Below the pieces are notes generated by a model, which was not told the DNA's origin, did not search any database, and was given only the letters and a program-made list of their open reading frames with translations. This document shows positions 19,616 to 29,049 of a DNA stretch of 64,000 bases, in pieces (position 1 is the first letter of the stretch; the number at the start of each line of letters is the position of its first letter). A program made the position numbers and the translations under genes. The DNA comes from an uncultured Gemmatimonadales bacterium (GTDB lineage Bacteria > Gemmatimonadota > Gemmatimonadetes > Longimicrobiales > RSA9), in NCBI GenBank assembly GCA_963816355.1, contig CAWFKH010000004.1:366625-430624 (forward strand). Reading direction: 5' to 3'.

Positions 19616-21009
19616 CGGCTGTCGTTTGCGTCGTCGGAAGTGGCGGCGTGGCGCGGCGCCCCCTCGGGGCCGTGGTCGAAGTCCTGAACGCTCGAGATGT
19701 TGGGCATGCCGAAGTCGTGGCCGTTCCAGCCCTTGAAGCCGTCGAGCCGGAAGAGCCACAGGCCGCTGCGCATGTCGGAGAGCACGATGAGGCCGTCGGA
19801 GTTGCGCACGTCGACGCCAAAAGCGCCCTGCTCGACGCTGTTGGTGCTCTCGTAGCCCTGCTCGGGCCGACCGCCGAAGCCGTGCTCGTGGACGCACGCG
19901 CAGGTGAAGTAGCCGCCGACCGTCTTCGGGTTCTTCGGGTCCTTCATGTCGAAGATCTGGAGCCCGTCCTCGTAGGCGGACACGAAGACGTACGGCCAGC
20001 GGACCTCGTGATTGTGGGAGAGGTCGCGCCAGTCGGCGGTCCAGCCGCCGATCGGCAGGTCGATGTTCTGGACCTTGCCCTCCTGCCCCGGCGTGAGGTC
20101 CCAGATGCGCAGCGGCGTGTACTGGTACTCCGTCTCCGTGACGGCGTACTTGCCGTCCGGCGAGGGCGTGAAGGTGTGGGCGATGTCGAGGCCGAGACCG
20201 GTGATCGTGAACACCCGCGTCGGCGCCTCCGGGTGCGTCACGTTCCAAACCGAGTAGCCGCCGAGCCCCGCGCCGTAGAACTTGTCCTGGTGCGTCGCCG
20301 GGTCGTACGCCACGTAGAAGTCGTGGTAGCTGCCGGTGCCGAGCTGGCTCGACGGCGTCGGGTTCGGCACCTCGCCGACCAGCCACGTGCTCGGGTCCGC
20401 GCCGGAGACGACGCGGTTCATGTCGTAGACGAGCGCGACCGGGTCGCGCACCGTCGCGAAGAGAAGCACCCGCCCGTCCGAGTGCTTGTAGGCGAAGATG
20501 TTGTGGAAGCCGCCCGGCGCCTTCGGATAGCGCAGCCGCGCCACGACCTTCACCTTCGCGGGATCCGGCAATCCGGTCACGTCGAAGATCACCGCCCCCA
20601 GGTCCTCGTCCGGGCTCCCCTGCGTGAACTGGTACGACTGCGCGTAGTAGTAGCGGTCGCCGATCTTGAAGTACTTCCCGTCCATCGCGCCGATGCCGCG
20701 GTGCAGCTCCGGGTTCTCGATCGTCCAGTCGACCACCTTCTTCGGATGCGCGAGGTCGCGGATGTCGTAGATCTGGGCGTCGAAGTTGACGAAGCCGGAG
20801 ATGTAGACGTAGGGCCGCCCCGGATCCTGCTCGATCTCGATGTCGGCCGCCTTCCAGGCGCCGGGGTGCGTCACCACGTGGGCGACCTCGTGGACCTTCG
20901 GGGTGCCGCCCTTCTTCTGGTCGAACGGCCGGACCGCTGTGCCCGGATCCTGCGCCTGCGCCGCCGTGGCCAGGCCGAACACCGCCAGCATGACGAAGTA
21001 CCCGCGCAT
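19612..21009 (-). CDS. Secreted LVIVD-repeat beta-propeller protein
   Basis: Signal peptide; repeats QIYDIRDLAHPK, VIFDVTGLPDP, LQIFDMKDPKNPKTVG. Confidence 0.8.
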   Translation of the reverse strand: MRGYFVMLAVFGLATAAQAQDPGTAVRPFDQKKGGTPKVHEVAHVVTHPGAWKAADIEIEQDPGRPYVYISGFVNFDAQIYDIRDLAHPKKVVDWTIENPELHRGIGAMDGKYFKIGDRYYYAQSYQFTQGSPDEDLGAVIFDVTGLPDPAKVKVVARLRYPKAPGGFHNIFAYKHSDGRVLLFATVRDPVALVYDMNRVVSGADPSTWLVGEVPNPTPSSQLGTGSYHDFYVAYDPATHQDKFYGAGLGGYSVWNVTHPEAPTRVFTITGLGLDIAHTFTPSPDGKYAVTETEYQYTPLRIWDLTPGQEGKVQNIDLPIGGWTADWRDLSHNHEVRWPYVFVSAYEDGLQIFDMKDPKNPKTVGGYFTCACVHEHGFGGRPEQGYESTNSVEQGAFGVDVRNSDGLIVLSDMRSGLWLFRLDGFKGWNGHDFGMPNISSVQDFDHGPEGAPRHAATSDDANDSR

Positions 21010-21202
21010 CGAGAATCCTCCGGTGATTGGGGAGGCGCAAAGTAGGGGGTAGGCCGAGCGACGGGCAACGGTGGCGTTCCGATACGCGACGGTGACCGAC
21101 CGATCACGAAACCGCAGTCGTCCACCGTCTACGATTACGCGCGTGGCCGGCCACGGCTCCCCCCGCGGCCAGGCAGGAGGCTCTCCAGCCGGGGTTCACC
21201 GC

Positions 21203-24010
21203 ATGAGAAGAGGCTTTCGCTCCGTTCCCGCCATCGTGCTCGCGACGCTGCTCGTCGCCGCGCCGGCGCTGGGTCAGGATCTCGCCGCGGCGCGCGAGCG
21301 CGGCGGCACCGGGCGCATCGTGGGCCGCGTCGTGGACGCGGAGACCGGCGATCCGGTGGCGGGCGCCCAGATCGCGGTCCTGGGCACGGGCGTCGGCACG
21401 CTCTCGGGCGTGGACGGCCGCTTTCTCCTGCTGGGCGTCCCCGCCGGGGACCAGGCCGTTCAAGTCACCTACGTGGGCTACGCAGCGAAGACGGTCGAGG
21501 GAATCGACGTGCCGAGCGACGGCGCCGTCGTGCAGAACCTCGCACTGAAGTCGGCGGCGATCGCGATCGCGGGGATCACGGTCTCGGCGGAGCGAGAGCG
21601 GGGCACCGTGAGCGCGGCGCTCAACGCGCAGCGCACGGCGGTCGGCGTGACGAGCGCCACCACGGCGGAGCAGATCGCGCGCAGCCCGGATGGCGACGCC
21701 GCGCAGGCGGTGCAGCGGGTGAGCGGCGTCACCGTGAGGGACGGCAAGTACGTCTTCGTGCGCGGTCTCGGAGAGCGCTACACGACCACCTCCCTCGACG
21801 GCGCGCGGGTGCCGAGTCCGGAGCCGGAGAAGAAGGTGGTGCCGCTCGACCTCTTCCCCACCAGCCTGCTGGAAGCAATCACGACGTCGAAGAGCTTCAC
21901 GCCCGATCAGCCCGGCGACTTCAGCGGCGCGCAGGTGAACCTGCGGACGCGTTCCTTCCCCGCTCGCGGCCTGCTACAGATCTCCCTCTCGAGCGGCTAC
22001 AACACGCTGGCGAGCCGTGCCGGCAACCTGCAGCCGACGACGACCGGCGGGGAGTGGCTCGGCGTCGCCGCCTCCGAGCGCCGCCTGCCCGCCAGCCTGC
22101 TCGGCGCGACCGATTTCTCGCGCCTTTCGCGCAGCGACGTCAACGGCCTGATCCGCTCGCTGCCGCGCGACTGGACGGCCGGCAGCGGCGGCGGCTCCCC
22201 GAACCTCTCCGGCAGCCTCGCCTTCGGCGGCGAGAACCCGCTCCTCGGCCACACCTTCGGCTACATCGGATCGCTCTCGTACAGCCGCACGGATCAGGTG
22301 CGCGACGGCGAGGTGAGGGCGCGCGCGGTGCCCGGCGACTCGCTCGGCACGCCGGCGCCGTACAACGTCTTCGTCGGCAGCACCGGCCGGACGAGCGTGC
22401 TGTGGGGCGGGCTCCTCAACCTGAGCACGTACCTCGGCTCGAGCACCAAGCTGGAGCTGAACAACACGTACAACCGGACGGCGGACAACGAGGCTCACCT
22501 CGACTGGGGCACGCTCGAGGAGTTCACCCAGGTGGACAGCGTCCGCCGGACTTCGCTCCAGTACATCGAGCGCACCGTCCGCTCCGACCAGCTCCGCGGC
22601 GAGCACCGCATCGGCGATCGCAACCGCGTCACCTGGTCGCTCACCTCCTCCGCCGTCTCCCGCGTCGAGCCCGACCGCGCCGACCTCGCCTACGGCTACG
22701 AGACCGCGCCCACCGGCGAGCGCCTGCCCCTCGCATGGCTCGGCTTCATTCCGGAGGCGGCCAAGCGCACCTCGAGCGATCTGCACGAGGCGGTCTACGC
22801 GGGCGCCCTCGACTACGCCCTCTCCGTGGGGCGCGCGGAGCGGGAGACGACGCTCAAGGTGGGCGCCGCCTACCGCCACACCCACCGCGACTCCCGCACC
22901 GTCTCCTACAACCTGCGCGCCCTCGGCCTCAGCGCCGACCAGCGCGCCGCCTCGCCGGATCAGCTCTTCTACGGCGCCTTCACCGAGGGCGACGCCGCGA
23001 AGATCGTCCTCGAGCCGAACGCCAGCGGCGGAACGTACGCGGCCGACGACGTCGTCTCCGCCGGCTACGCGATGGCGGAAGTGCCGCTCGGCGCCCGCCT
23101 GCGCCTGATCGGCGGCGCGCGCGTGGAGCGGTGGAAGCTCGGCATGGACGCCGAGCCGACCGGTCGCGGCCTCGTCCGCATCGACCGCACCGACACGGAT
23201 CTGCTGCCGTCCCTCGCGCTGAACGCGCGGCTGAGCGCGAACCAGACGCTGCGGCTCTCGGCGTCGCAGACGCTGGCGCGGCCGGAGTACCGCGAGCTCG
23301 CGCCGATCAGCTACCGCGACATGCTCGGCGAGCGCGAGGTCTTCGGCGACTCCAGCCTGGTGCGCACGTTGGTGCAGAACTACGACGTGCGCTGGGAGTG
23401 GTATCCGGGCTTCGACCAGGTGGTCAGCGTGGGCGTCTTCGCCAAGCGTTTCGACCATCCGATCGAGCAGATCGACGTCGCCACCTCCGGCGTCTCGCAG
23501 CTCAGCTTCATCAACGCCGCCTCCGCGTTCGACTACGGCGTCGAGCTGGAGCTGCGCAAGCGCCTCGGCTTCCTCGCGCCCGCGCTCGACCCGCTCTCGC
23601 TTTTCACCAACGTCACGCTGATGAAGAGCCGCATCAACACGAGCAACAGCACCCTCTCGGCGCTCACCAACGACGAGCGCCCGATGGTGGGGCAGGCACC
23701 CTACGTCGTCAACGCCGGGCTCGGCTACAGCCGCGCCACCGGCGCCTTCAGCGCGACGCTGCTCTACAACGTCGTCGGCAAGCGCATCACGTCCGCGGCC
23801 GTGACTCCGATCCGCGTCGACACCTACGAGCAGCCGCGGCAGCTCCTCGACTTCTCGATGCGCTTCCCGCTCCACGGCGGGCTGAGCGCCAGGCTCGACG
23901 CGAAGAACCTGCTCGACGCGCCGTACGAGGAGCGCCAGGGCGACGTGATCCGTTACCGCTACACGACCGGTCCCACCTTCGGCCTCGGCGTGAGCTGGAA
24001 CGGTCGCTGA
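21203..24010 (+). CDS. TonB-dependent outer membrane receptor with N-terminal carboxypeptidase-regulatory-like domain
   Basis: GRIVGRVVDAETG; plug motifs VFVRGLGERY and PLDLFP; beta-barrel ending GVSW. Confidence 0.92.
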   Translation: MRRGFRSVPAIVLATLLVAAPALGQDLAAARERGGTGRIVGRVVDAETGDPVAGAQIAVLGTGVGTLSGVDGRFLLLGVPAGDQAVQVTYVGYAAKTVEGIDVPSDGAVVQNLALKSAAIAIAGITVSAERERGTVSAALNAQRTAVGVTSATTAEQIARSPDGDAAQAVQRVSGVTVRDGKYVFVRGLGERYTTTSLDGARVPSPEPEKKVVPLDLFPTSLLEAITTSKSFTPDQPGDFSGAQVNLRTRSFPARGLLQISLSSGYNTLASRAGNLQPTTTGGEWLGVAASERRLPASLLGATDFSRLSRSDVNGLIRSLPRDWTAGSGGGSPNLSGSLAFGGENPLLGHTFGYIGSLSYSRTDQVRDGEVRARAVPGDSLGTPAPYNVFVGSTGRTSVLWGGLLNLSTYLGSSTKLELNNTYNRTADNEAHLDWGTLEEFTQVDSVRRTSLQYIERTVRSDQLRGEHRIGDRNRVTWSLTSSAVSRVEPDRADLAYGYETAPTGERLPLAWLGFIPEAAKRTSSDLHEAVYAGALDYALSVGRAERETTLKVGAAYRHTHRDSRTVSYNLRALGLSADQRAASPDQLFYGAFTEGDAAKIVLEPNASGGTYAADDVVSAGYAMAEVPLGARLRLIGGARVERWKLGMDAEPTGRGLVRIDRTDTDLLPSLALNARLSANQTLRLSASQTLARPEYRELAPISYRDMLGEREVFGDSSLVRTLVQNYDVRWEWYPGFDQVVSVGVFAKRFDHPIEQIDVATSGVSQLSFINAASAFDYGVELELRKRLGFLAPALDPLSLFTNVTLMKSRINTSNSTLSALTNDERPMVGQAPYVVNAGLGYSRATGAFSATLLYNVVGKRITSAAVTPIRVDTYEQPRQLLDFSMRFPLHGGLSARLDAKNLLDAPYEERQGDVIRYRYTTGPTFGLGVSWNGR

Positions 24011-24105
24011 CGCCCTCGTTACCGGGGGCGGGAATCGCCGTGACAACCGCCGCCTATCCTCTCTCTCGACCGACCGCTTACCCCAGCAACGGAGCACAGC
24101 GAACC

Positions 24106-25812
24106 ATGCGATCCTCCCCCCGTACGTGGCTCACTCTCGCGTGCGCGGTGCTGCTCGCCGGCGCCCTCGGCGCCTGCGACAGCAACGGCACCAGCGTCGA
24201 GCCGACGCCGCTCGCCGCGCCCATCGGCCTCGACGCCGTCGCCACCTCCGCCACGACCGTGCGCGTGACCTGGAACCAGGTGGCGGGCGCCGACACGTAC
24301 CAGCTCGACCGCGCCGAAGGCAGTGGCGCGTTCACCAACCTGAGGAGCGGCCTCGGCAGCACGTTCTTCGAAGACGACGGCCTCCAGGAAAACACGCAGT
24401 ACCGTTACCAGGTGCGTGCCGTGAAGGGGTCGGCGCAGAGCCCGAACAGCGCAGCGGTCACGGTGACCACCAGCAGCACCGGCCCGAAGGTGGCGCGGGT
24501 CACCGGCATCACGCTCGACCGCACGTTCTTCTCCGACACGACCTACGTGCTGAGCGGCTTCGTCAAGGTGAGCAACGGCGCCACGCTCACCGTCCAGCCC
24601 GGCACGACCATCGTGGGCGACACCCTCGTGCCCGGCAGCTCCCTGTGGATCCTGCGCGGCTCGAAGATCATCGCCGAGGGCACCGCCGGCGCCCCGATCG
24701 TCTTCACCTCCCAGCGAGCCCCCGGCAGCCGCGCCCCGGGCGACTGGGGCGGTATCATCATCGTCGGCAACGGCCTGATCAACCGCACCGCCAACCCGAT
24801 CTTCACCGAGGGGCCGGTCGGCGCCGCGGAGAACTACGCCGGCGGCACGAACTTCAACGACAGCTCCGGCTCCCTCAAGTACGTGCGCGTCGAGTTCGCC
24901 GGCTTCGACGTCTCCAACGGCGGCGGCCAGGAGCTCAACTCCGTCTCCAGCTACGCCGTCGGCCGGGGCACCACGTACGACTTCGTGGAGACGATCGCCG
25001 GCCTCGACGACGGCTTCGAGTCCTTCGGCGGCGCCCAGGACATGCGCCACATCATCTCCTTCGAAACCGGTGACGACCACTTCGACTGGACGGAGGGTTT
25101 CCGCGGCCGCGCCCAGTTCCTCATCGCGCTCCAGACGACGGTGCTTGCGCCGCGGCCCGGCACCGGCACCGTCTCCAGCGACCCGCGTGGCTTCGAGGGC
25201 GACGGCTGCGAGATCGACAAGGCCGGCTGCACCTTCGCCAACACGCCCTACTCGATGCCGATCTGGGCCAACTTCACCGTCATCGGCCCGGGCCCCGGCG
25301 TCTTCTCCACCACCGACGGCAACGGCGCCGTCGTGCGGCGGGGCGCCGCGGCCAACTTCGTCAACGGCATCATCGCCCGCTGGCCCGGCGTCGGCCTCAG
25401 CATCCGCGACGCCGAGAGCAAGGCGCTCCTCGACAAGGATTCGCTCTACGTCCGCAACGTCATCCTCTCCGACAACGGCAGCAACTTCGAGCCCGCCGGC
25501 ACGAACTTCGGCTCCATCGTCAGCGACAACGCGACCGCCTGGAACGTCACCACGCCCCCGATGAACGACCTCTTCGCCGGCGCGATTCCGACCAGCGCGA
25601 CCACCGTCACCGACGCCAACCTCGGCATCGAGCTGAAGAGCGGCGCCGCTGCCGCCGCCGGCGGACTGAACAGCTTCGCCGGAACGCCGCTCAACGCGCG
25701 CGTGCAGGACTTCTTCGGCGGTGCGATGCCCGCCACCAGCTACGTCGGTGCCGTGGATCCGTCCGCCGCCACACCCTGGTACCAGGGCTGGACCCGCTGG
25801 TACCGCAACTGA
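24106..25812 (+). CDS. Lipoprotein with fibronectin type III domain and beta-helix-like domain
   Basis: LGAC lipobox; FN3 LQENTQYRYQVRAV; APIVFTS, GDWGGIII, SSGSLKYVRVEFAG, DDGFESFGG, GDDHFDW; ends WYQGWT. Confidence 0.8.
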   Translation: MRSSPRTWLTLACAVLLAGALGACDSNGTSVEPTPLAAPIGLDAVATSATTVRVTWNQVAGADTYQLDRAEGSGAFTNLRSGLGSTFFEDDGLQENTQYRYQVRAVKGSAQSPNSAAVTVTTSSTGPKVARVTGITLDRTFFSDTTYVLSGFVKVSNGATLTVQPGTTIVGDTLVPGSSLWILRGSKIIAEGTAGAPIVFTSQRAPGSRAPGDWGGIIIVGNGLINRTANPIFTEGPVGAAENYAGGTNFNDSSGSLKYVRVEFAGFDVSNGGGQELNSVSSYAVGRGTTYDFVETIAGLDDGFESFGGAQDMRHIISFETGDDHFDWTEGFRGRAQFLIALQTTVLAPRPGTGTVSSDPRGFEGDGCEIDKAGCTFANTPYSMPIWANFTVIGPGPGVFSTTDGNGAVVRRGAAANFVNGIIARWPGVGLSIRDAESKALLDKDSLYVRNVILSDNGSNFEPAGTNFGSIVSDNATAWNVTTPPMNDLFAGAIPTSATTVTDANLGIELKSGAAAAAGGLNSFAGTPLNARVQDFFGGAMPATSYVGAVDPSAATPWYQGWTRWYRN

Positions 25813-25826
25813 ATCCACACGTCTTC

Positions 25827-25856
25827 GCGCCCGGGGGCGTTCCCGCCCCCGGGCGC
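25827..25856. terminator. Strong hairpin after the lipoprotein gene (terminator or mRNA stabiliser)
   Basis: Perfect 13-bp stem GCGCCCGGGGGCG-TTCC-CGCCCCCGGGCGC; no clear U-tract. Confidence 0.5.
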
Positions 25857-25897
25857 CGCGGGCGAGGCGCGAAGAAATCCCGCTACACGGAGTACCG

Positions 25898-26584
25898 ATG
25901 AGAAGCACCCGCGCCAGCACGGTCCTCCCCCCGATTCTCGCCCCGGTCCTGAGCGCCCTCCTCGCGTCGCTCGCGGCGTGCGGCAGTCCGGAACCCCGGA
26001 CGGCGCGGGCCGCGGAGCCGACTCGAGCCGCGGCGCCGACCGGAAACCTGCCAGCGGCGCGCGCGTCGGCGACTCCCCGCGTCGTGGTCGACAGCGTCCT
26101 GCCCATGTCGGTGCAGCTCGCGCGCTTCCGCCGCGGCCTCCCCCGCCCGGCACGCCTCACTCATGGCGCCACCAGCCGCGACGCCCTCGTGCGGAGCGTC
26201 GTGCGCGCCCTCGCAACGAGCGACACCCTCGCGTTCCAGCCGCTCGCCATCGACCGCGCCGAGTTCGCCTGGCTCTACTTCCCCACTACCGCGATCGCGC
26301 ATCCTCCCTACGAGCTCCCGCCTGGACTGGCCTGGTTCCGCCTTCAGGAGGACGACCGCAAGGGCGTCTTCCGGGCCCTGCGCGAGATCTCCGCCCACCA
26401 TCCGCGCTACCTCGGCTATCACTGCGATCCGCGGCCGCGCATCGAAGGAGAGAACCGCATCTGGACCGGCTGTCGCGTCGCCCTCGCCCGCGACGACGCC
26501 CCGCCCTCGGACATCCGCCTCTTCAGCGGGATCCTCGAGCGCGATGGCCGCTTCGCCGTTCTCAGCTACGACAACGACTTCTGA
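25898..26584 (+). CDS. Hypothetical lipoprotein
   Basis: GGAG RBS, LAAC lipobox, globular C-terminal domain ending SYDNDF. Confidence 0.7.
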   Translation: MRSTRASTVLPPILAPVLSALLASLAACGSPEPRTARAAEPTRAAAPTGNLPAARASATPRVVVDSVLPMSVQLARFRRGLPRPARLTHGATSRDALVRSVVRALATSDTLAFQPLAIDRAEFAWLYFPTTAIAHPPYELPPGLAWFRLQEDDRKGVFRALREISAHHPRYLGYHCDPRPRIEGENRIWTGCRVALARDDAPPSDIRLFSGILERDGRFAVLSYDNDF

Positions 26585-26588
26585 GTCT

Positions 26589-27440
26589 TCACGCCCGCCC
26601 TGCCTCACCGCCCTCGTCCGCGCCGCCCCGCTCCGCGTTCGCCCGGATCGCGGCGGCGGTGAACGCGGCCAGACCCCTGGCGCGCTCCTCGTAGTGCGCC
26701 GCGAAGCGCGGATCCGACTCGTACATGGCGGCGAGACCGGCGTGCATGCGGCGGCTGCACGGATAGAACCAGCGGTCAATGTGCAGCCGCGCCCGCTCCG
26801 CCACATCCATCGCCGCGGTGCCGGCCGCATCCGCGCCCGCCGCGAGCAGCGCCGCCATCGCTGCGTCGATCGCCTCCGCTTCCTCCCGGATGCGCCCCCA
26901 GTCCTCCTTGGCGTAGCCGCGCGTCCGGCGCATCGATTCCCGGTACGCCTCGGTGTCCGCCCACCGCTCCTTCACTTCCCGATCATGCCGCGCCTGGTGC
27001 TCGCGCACCGCCTCCGGCGCGTCGAGCGCCTCGAAGCCCTCGAACCTCTCCTCGGCCGACATCGTCTCCCCCCTCTCGATCGATTCCAGCGCGCGGTCGA
27101 CTGCGCGAATCAACGACTCCGTCCTTCGCATTCTCCGCTGCAGCAGATCCCGCTGCGCCCGCAGCGCCCCGCGCCGCTCCAGCCCCGGCTCCGCGAGCAT
27201 CGCCGCGATCGCCTCCAGCGTGAACCCCAGCTCGCGGTAGAGCAGGATGCGGTGCAGCCGCTCCAGATCCTGCGCATCGTACAGACGGTAGCCGGCGCGG
27301 TTGCGCCCCGACGGCACCAGCAGCCCGATCTCGTCGTAGTGGTGCAGCGTCCGCACGGTCACGTGCGCCAGCCGCGCCACTTCGCTCACCCGCCACCGCT
27401 TCGCCACCGCCACCGTCTCCGCGTTCGTGCCCGTCTCCAT
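26589..27440 (-). CDS. MerR family regulator with TipAS antibiotic-recognition domain (TipA/Mta-like)
   Basis: VRTLHHYDEIGLL…GYRLY HTH; TipAS motif WFYPCS…MYESDPRF. Confidence 0.9.
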   Translation of the reverse strand: METGTNAETVAVAKRWRVSEVARLAHVTVRTLHHYDEIGLLVPSGRNRAGYRLYDAQDLERLHRILLYRELGFTLEAIAAMLAEPGLERRGALRAQRDLLQRRMRRTESLIRAVDRALESIERGETMSAEERFEGFEALDAPEAVREHQARHDREVKERWADTEAYRESMRRTRGYAKEDWGRIREEAEAIDAAMAALLAAGADAAGTAAMDVAERARLHIDRWFYPCSRRMHAGLAAMYESDPRFAAHYEERARGLAAFTAAAIRANAERGGADEGGEAGRA

Positions 27441-27484
27441 AGCTCGTGCTCGCGCGCATGCTCGTGCCCGCACCCTCGAATCGA

Positions 27485-27515
27485 ACGGTAAGGTATGACG
27501 TAGCGGGAGGGTCAA
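27485..27515 (-). promoter_or_regulatory. MerR-type promoter with 19-bp spacer
   Basis: TTGACC-CTCCCGCTACGTCATACCT(19 nt)-TACCGT upstream of the MerR gene. Confidence 0.75.
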
Positions 27516-27602
27516 GGACGGACGCGCAGCTTCGCTCTGATCATGGACGTTCCGGACGCGCCGGACCCCTCCGCCCGCGTTCGCGGCGGGGCCGGCTCCG
27601 AT

Positions 27603-27796
27603 GTTTCACGCGGAGGGCGCGGGGGACGCGGAGGGCGGAGCGGCGCCACGCCGCTTCACTGCACGGCGCGCATCTTCTTCTGGTTTGGTTTCCGGCCGCG
27701 AACGTGCGGCGCGCGACCAAGCCCGCAGCCAATCCGTTCGCGAAGTCTGCCCCGCGGGGAACGACCTCCGCGCCCTCCGCGACCTCCGCGTGAAAC
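27603..27796. repeat. REP-like inverted-repeat element
   Basis: 32-bp arms GTTTCACGCGGAGGGCGCGGGGGACGCGGAGG / CCTCCGCGCCCTCCGCGACCTCCGCGTGAAAC; a related single arm lies at 12375-12405. Confidence 0.75.
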
Positions 27797-27835
27797 CGCT
27801 TCCGGCGCGTCGGCCGCGCCGGAGCGTACGGCGCG

Positions 27836-28390
27836 CTAGCCGCAGCTCTGGCGCGCGTCGTCCACCAGCACGGTGAGCGTGCCGTTCGCGTTCACGGTGA
27901 AGTGGAACGTCGTGTGGACCCGCATGTTCGGCACCTTCCCCTGGCCGATCAGTTCCAGCGCCTCGTTCGAGCCGCCCACCGCGCGGCCCGGTCCGCTGCG
28001 GTGCATCGTGGTCTCGAAGACGTCCGTCCAGCGATACGACGCCCCGCTCTGCGACCCCACACCCGTCCCCCTCGCGTTCGCGTGCAGCGCCGTCACCGTG
28101 TCCGCGCGCGCCGAGATCGTCTCGATCGTCAGCAGGTGCAGGTCCCCCGCGACCGTCACGTCCTCCTCGCACCCCGACACCACGAACGAGAAGGGCAGGT
28201 GCACATCGTTCGCCACGACCGCGTACAGCGGCGCGCCCGGTGCCGCCGCGACCGCCGCCGGCGCCGTCGCACTCTCGCACCCGGACAGGAGCAGCACCGC
28301 CAGAAGCGGCGCGAGGAAGCAGAATCCCGCGAGCGGAAACGCCACGGGGAGGGTTGCCGCGGCTTCGCGCCCGCTTCGGCTGTTCGTCAT
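27836..28390 (-). CDS. Hypothetical lipoprotein
   Basis: GAGGAG RBS, LLSGC lipobox, beta-rich mature domain. Confidence 0.65.
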   Translation of the reverse strand: MTNSRSGREAAATLPVAFPLAGFCFLAPLLAVLLLSGCESATAPAAVAAAPGAPLYAVVANDVHLPFSFVVSGCEEDVTVAGDLHLLTIETISARADTVTALHANARGTGVGSQSGASYRWTDVFETTMHRSGPGRAVGGSNEALELIGQGKVPNMRVHTTFHFTVNANGTLTVLVDDARQSCG

Positions 28391-28509
28391 CGGGATCTCC
28401 TCGTCTCGGAAGTCATCTCCAAGAATGCACGCGAAGCGAAACGCCCGGCAAGGAGGACGCACCGACGCCCGCGCCGCGCCCCCGCCGCGCCACCCCCCGT
28501 CCGACGCCG

Positions 28510-28588
28510 CACCCCCCGTGTCGACGCGCACCCCCGTGTCGACCCGCACGCCCATGTTGACACGCACGCCCATGTTGACACGCACGCC
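28510..28588 (+). repeat. 18-bp tandem repeat x4 containing the blaI -35 box
   Basis: CACCCCCGTGTCGACGCG / …GACCCG / CACGCCCATGTTGACACG x2. Confidence 0.85.
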
Positions 28589-28595
28589 CGATAGA

Positions 28596-28630
28596 TGCTA
28601 GCCTATTGACACAGTGTCAACCGACTAGCA
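28596..28630. promoter_or_regulatory. BlaI-family operator palindrome overlapping the promoter
   Basis: TGCTAG-N4-TTGACAC-A-GTGTCAA-N4-CTAGCA; promoter TTGACA(28575)-N18-TAGCCT. Confidence 0.75.
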
Positions 28631-28647
28631 CTCCACGGGAGCGGGCG

Positions 28648-29049
28648 ATGCGGACGAACCCCCTTGGTCAGCTCGGGCGTCGCGAGCGGCAGATCATGGA
28701 CGTCGTCTTCCGGCTCGGGCGGGCGACGGCGGCGGAGGTACAGGCGGAGCTGCCGAACCCGCCGAGCTACTCGGCGGTGCGCGGGATGCTGCGGCTGCTG
28801 GAGGAGAAGGGGCACCTGCGGCACGAGCAGGAGGGGCCGCGCTACGTGTACCGGCCGACGGCGGATCCGGCGCAGGTAAGCCGGGGCGCGCTGCGCCACG
28901 TGGTGCGGACGTTCTTCGACAACTCGGCGGCGTCGGCGATGGCGGCGATGCTGGGTGACGAGGGCCGATCGTTGAGCGACCAGGAGCTGAGCCGGCTCGA
29001 GCGCCTGCTGGAACAGGCGCGGCGCGGGCGTGAGGGAGGTGCGCGATGA
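28648..29049 (+). CDS. BlaI/MecI/CopY family repressor
   Basis: RRERQIMDVV…SYSAVRGMLRLLEEKGHL…GPRYVY…FFDNS. Confidence 0.92.
   Translation: MRTNPLGQLGRRERQIMDVVFRLGRATAAEVQAELPNPPSYSAVRGMLRLLEEKGHLRHEQEGPRYVYRPTADPAQVSRGALRHVVRTFFDNSAASAMAAMLGDEGRSLSDQELSRLERLLEQARRGREGGAR

Noticed and set aside
21085..21145. Pho-box-like direct repeats upstream of the TonB receptor
   Set aside because: Only weak GTGAC/ATCAC/ATTAC matches; not distinguishable from chance.
22054..24105. 1252-aa ORF as a single giant protein
   Set aside because: The real gene begins at 24106 (RBS and lipobox); the upstream part is an off-frame shadow of the TonB receptor. Similar over-extensions affect ORFs 117, 6022, 44378, 47916, 49577 and 58885.
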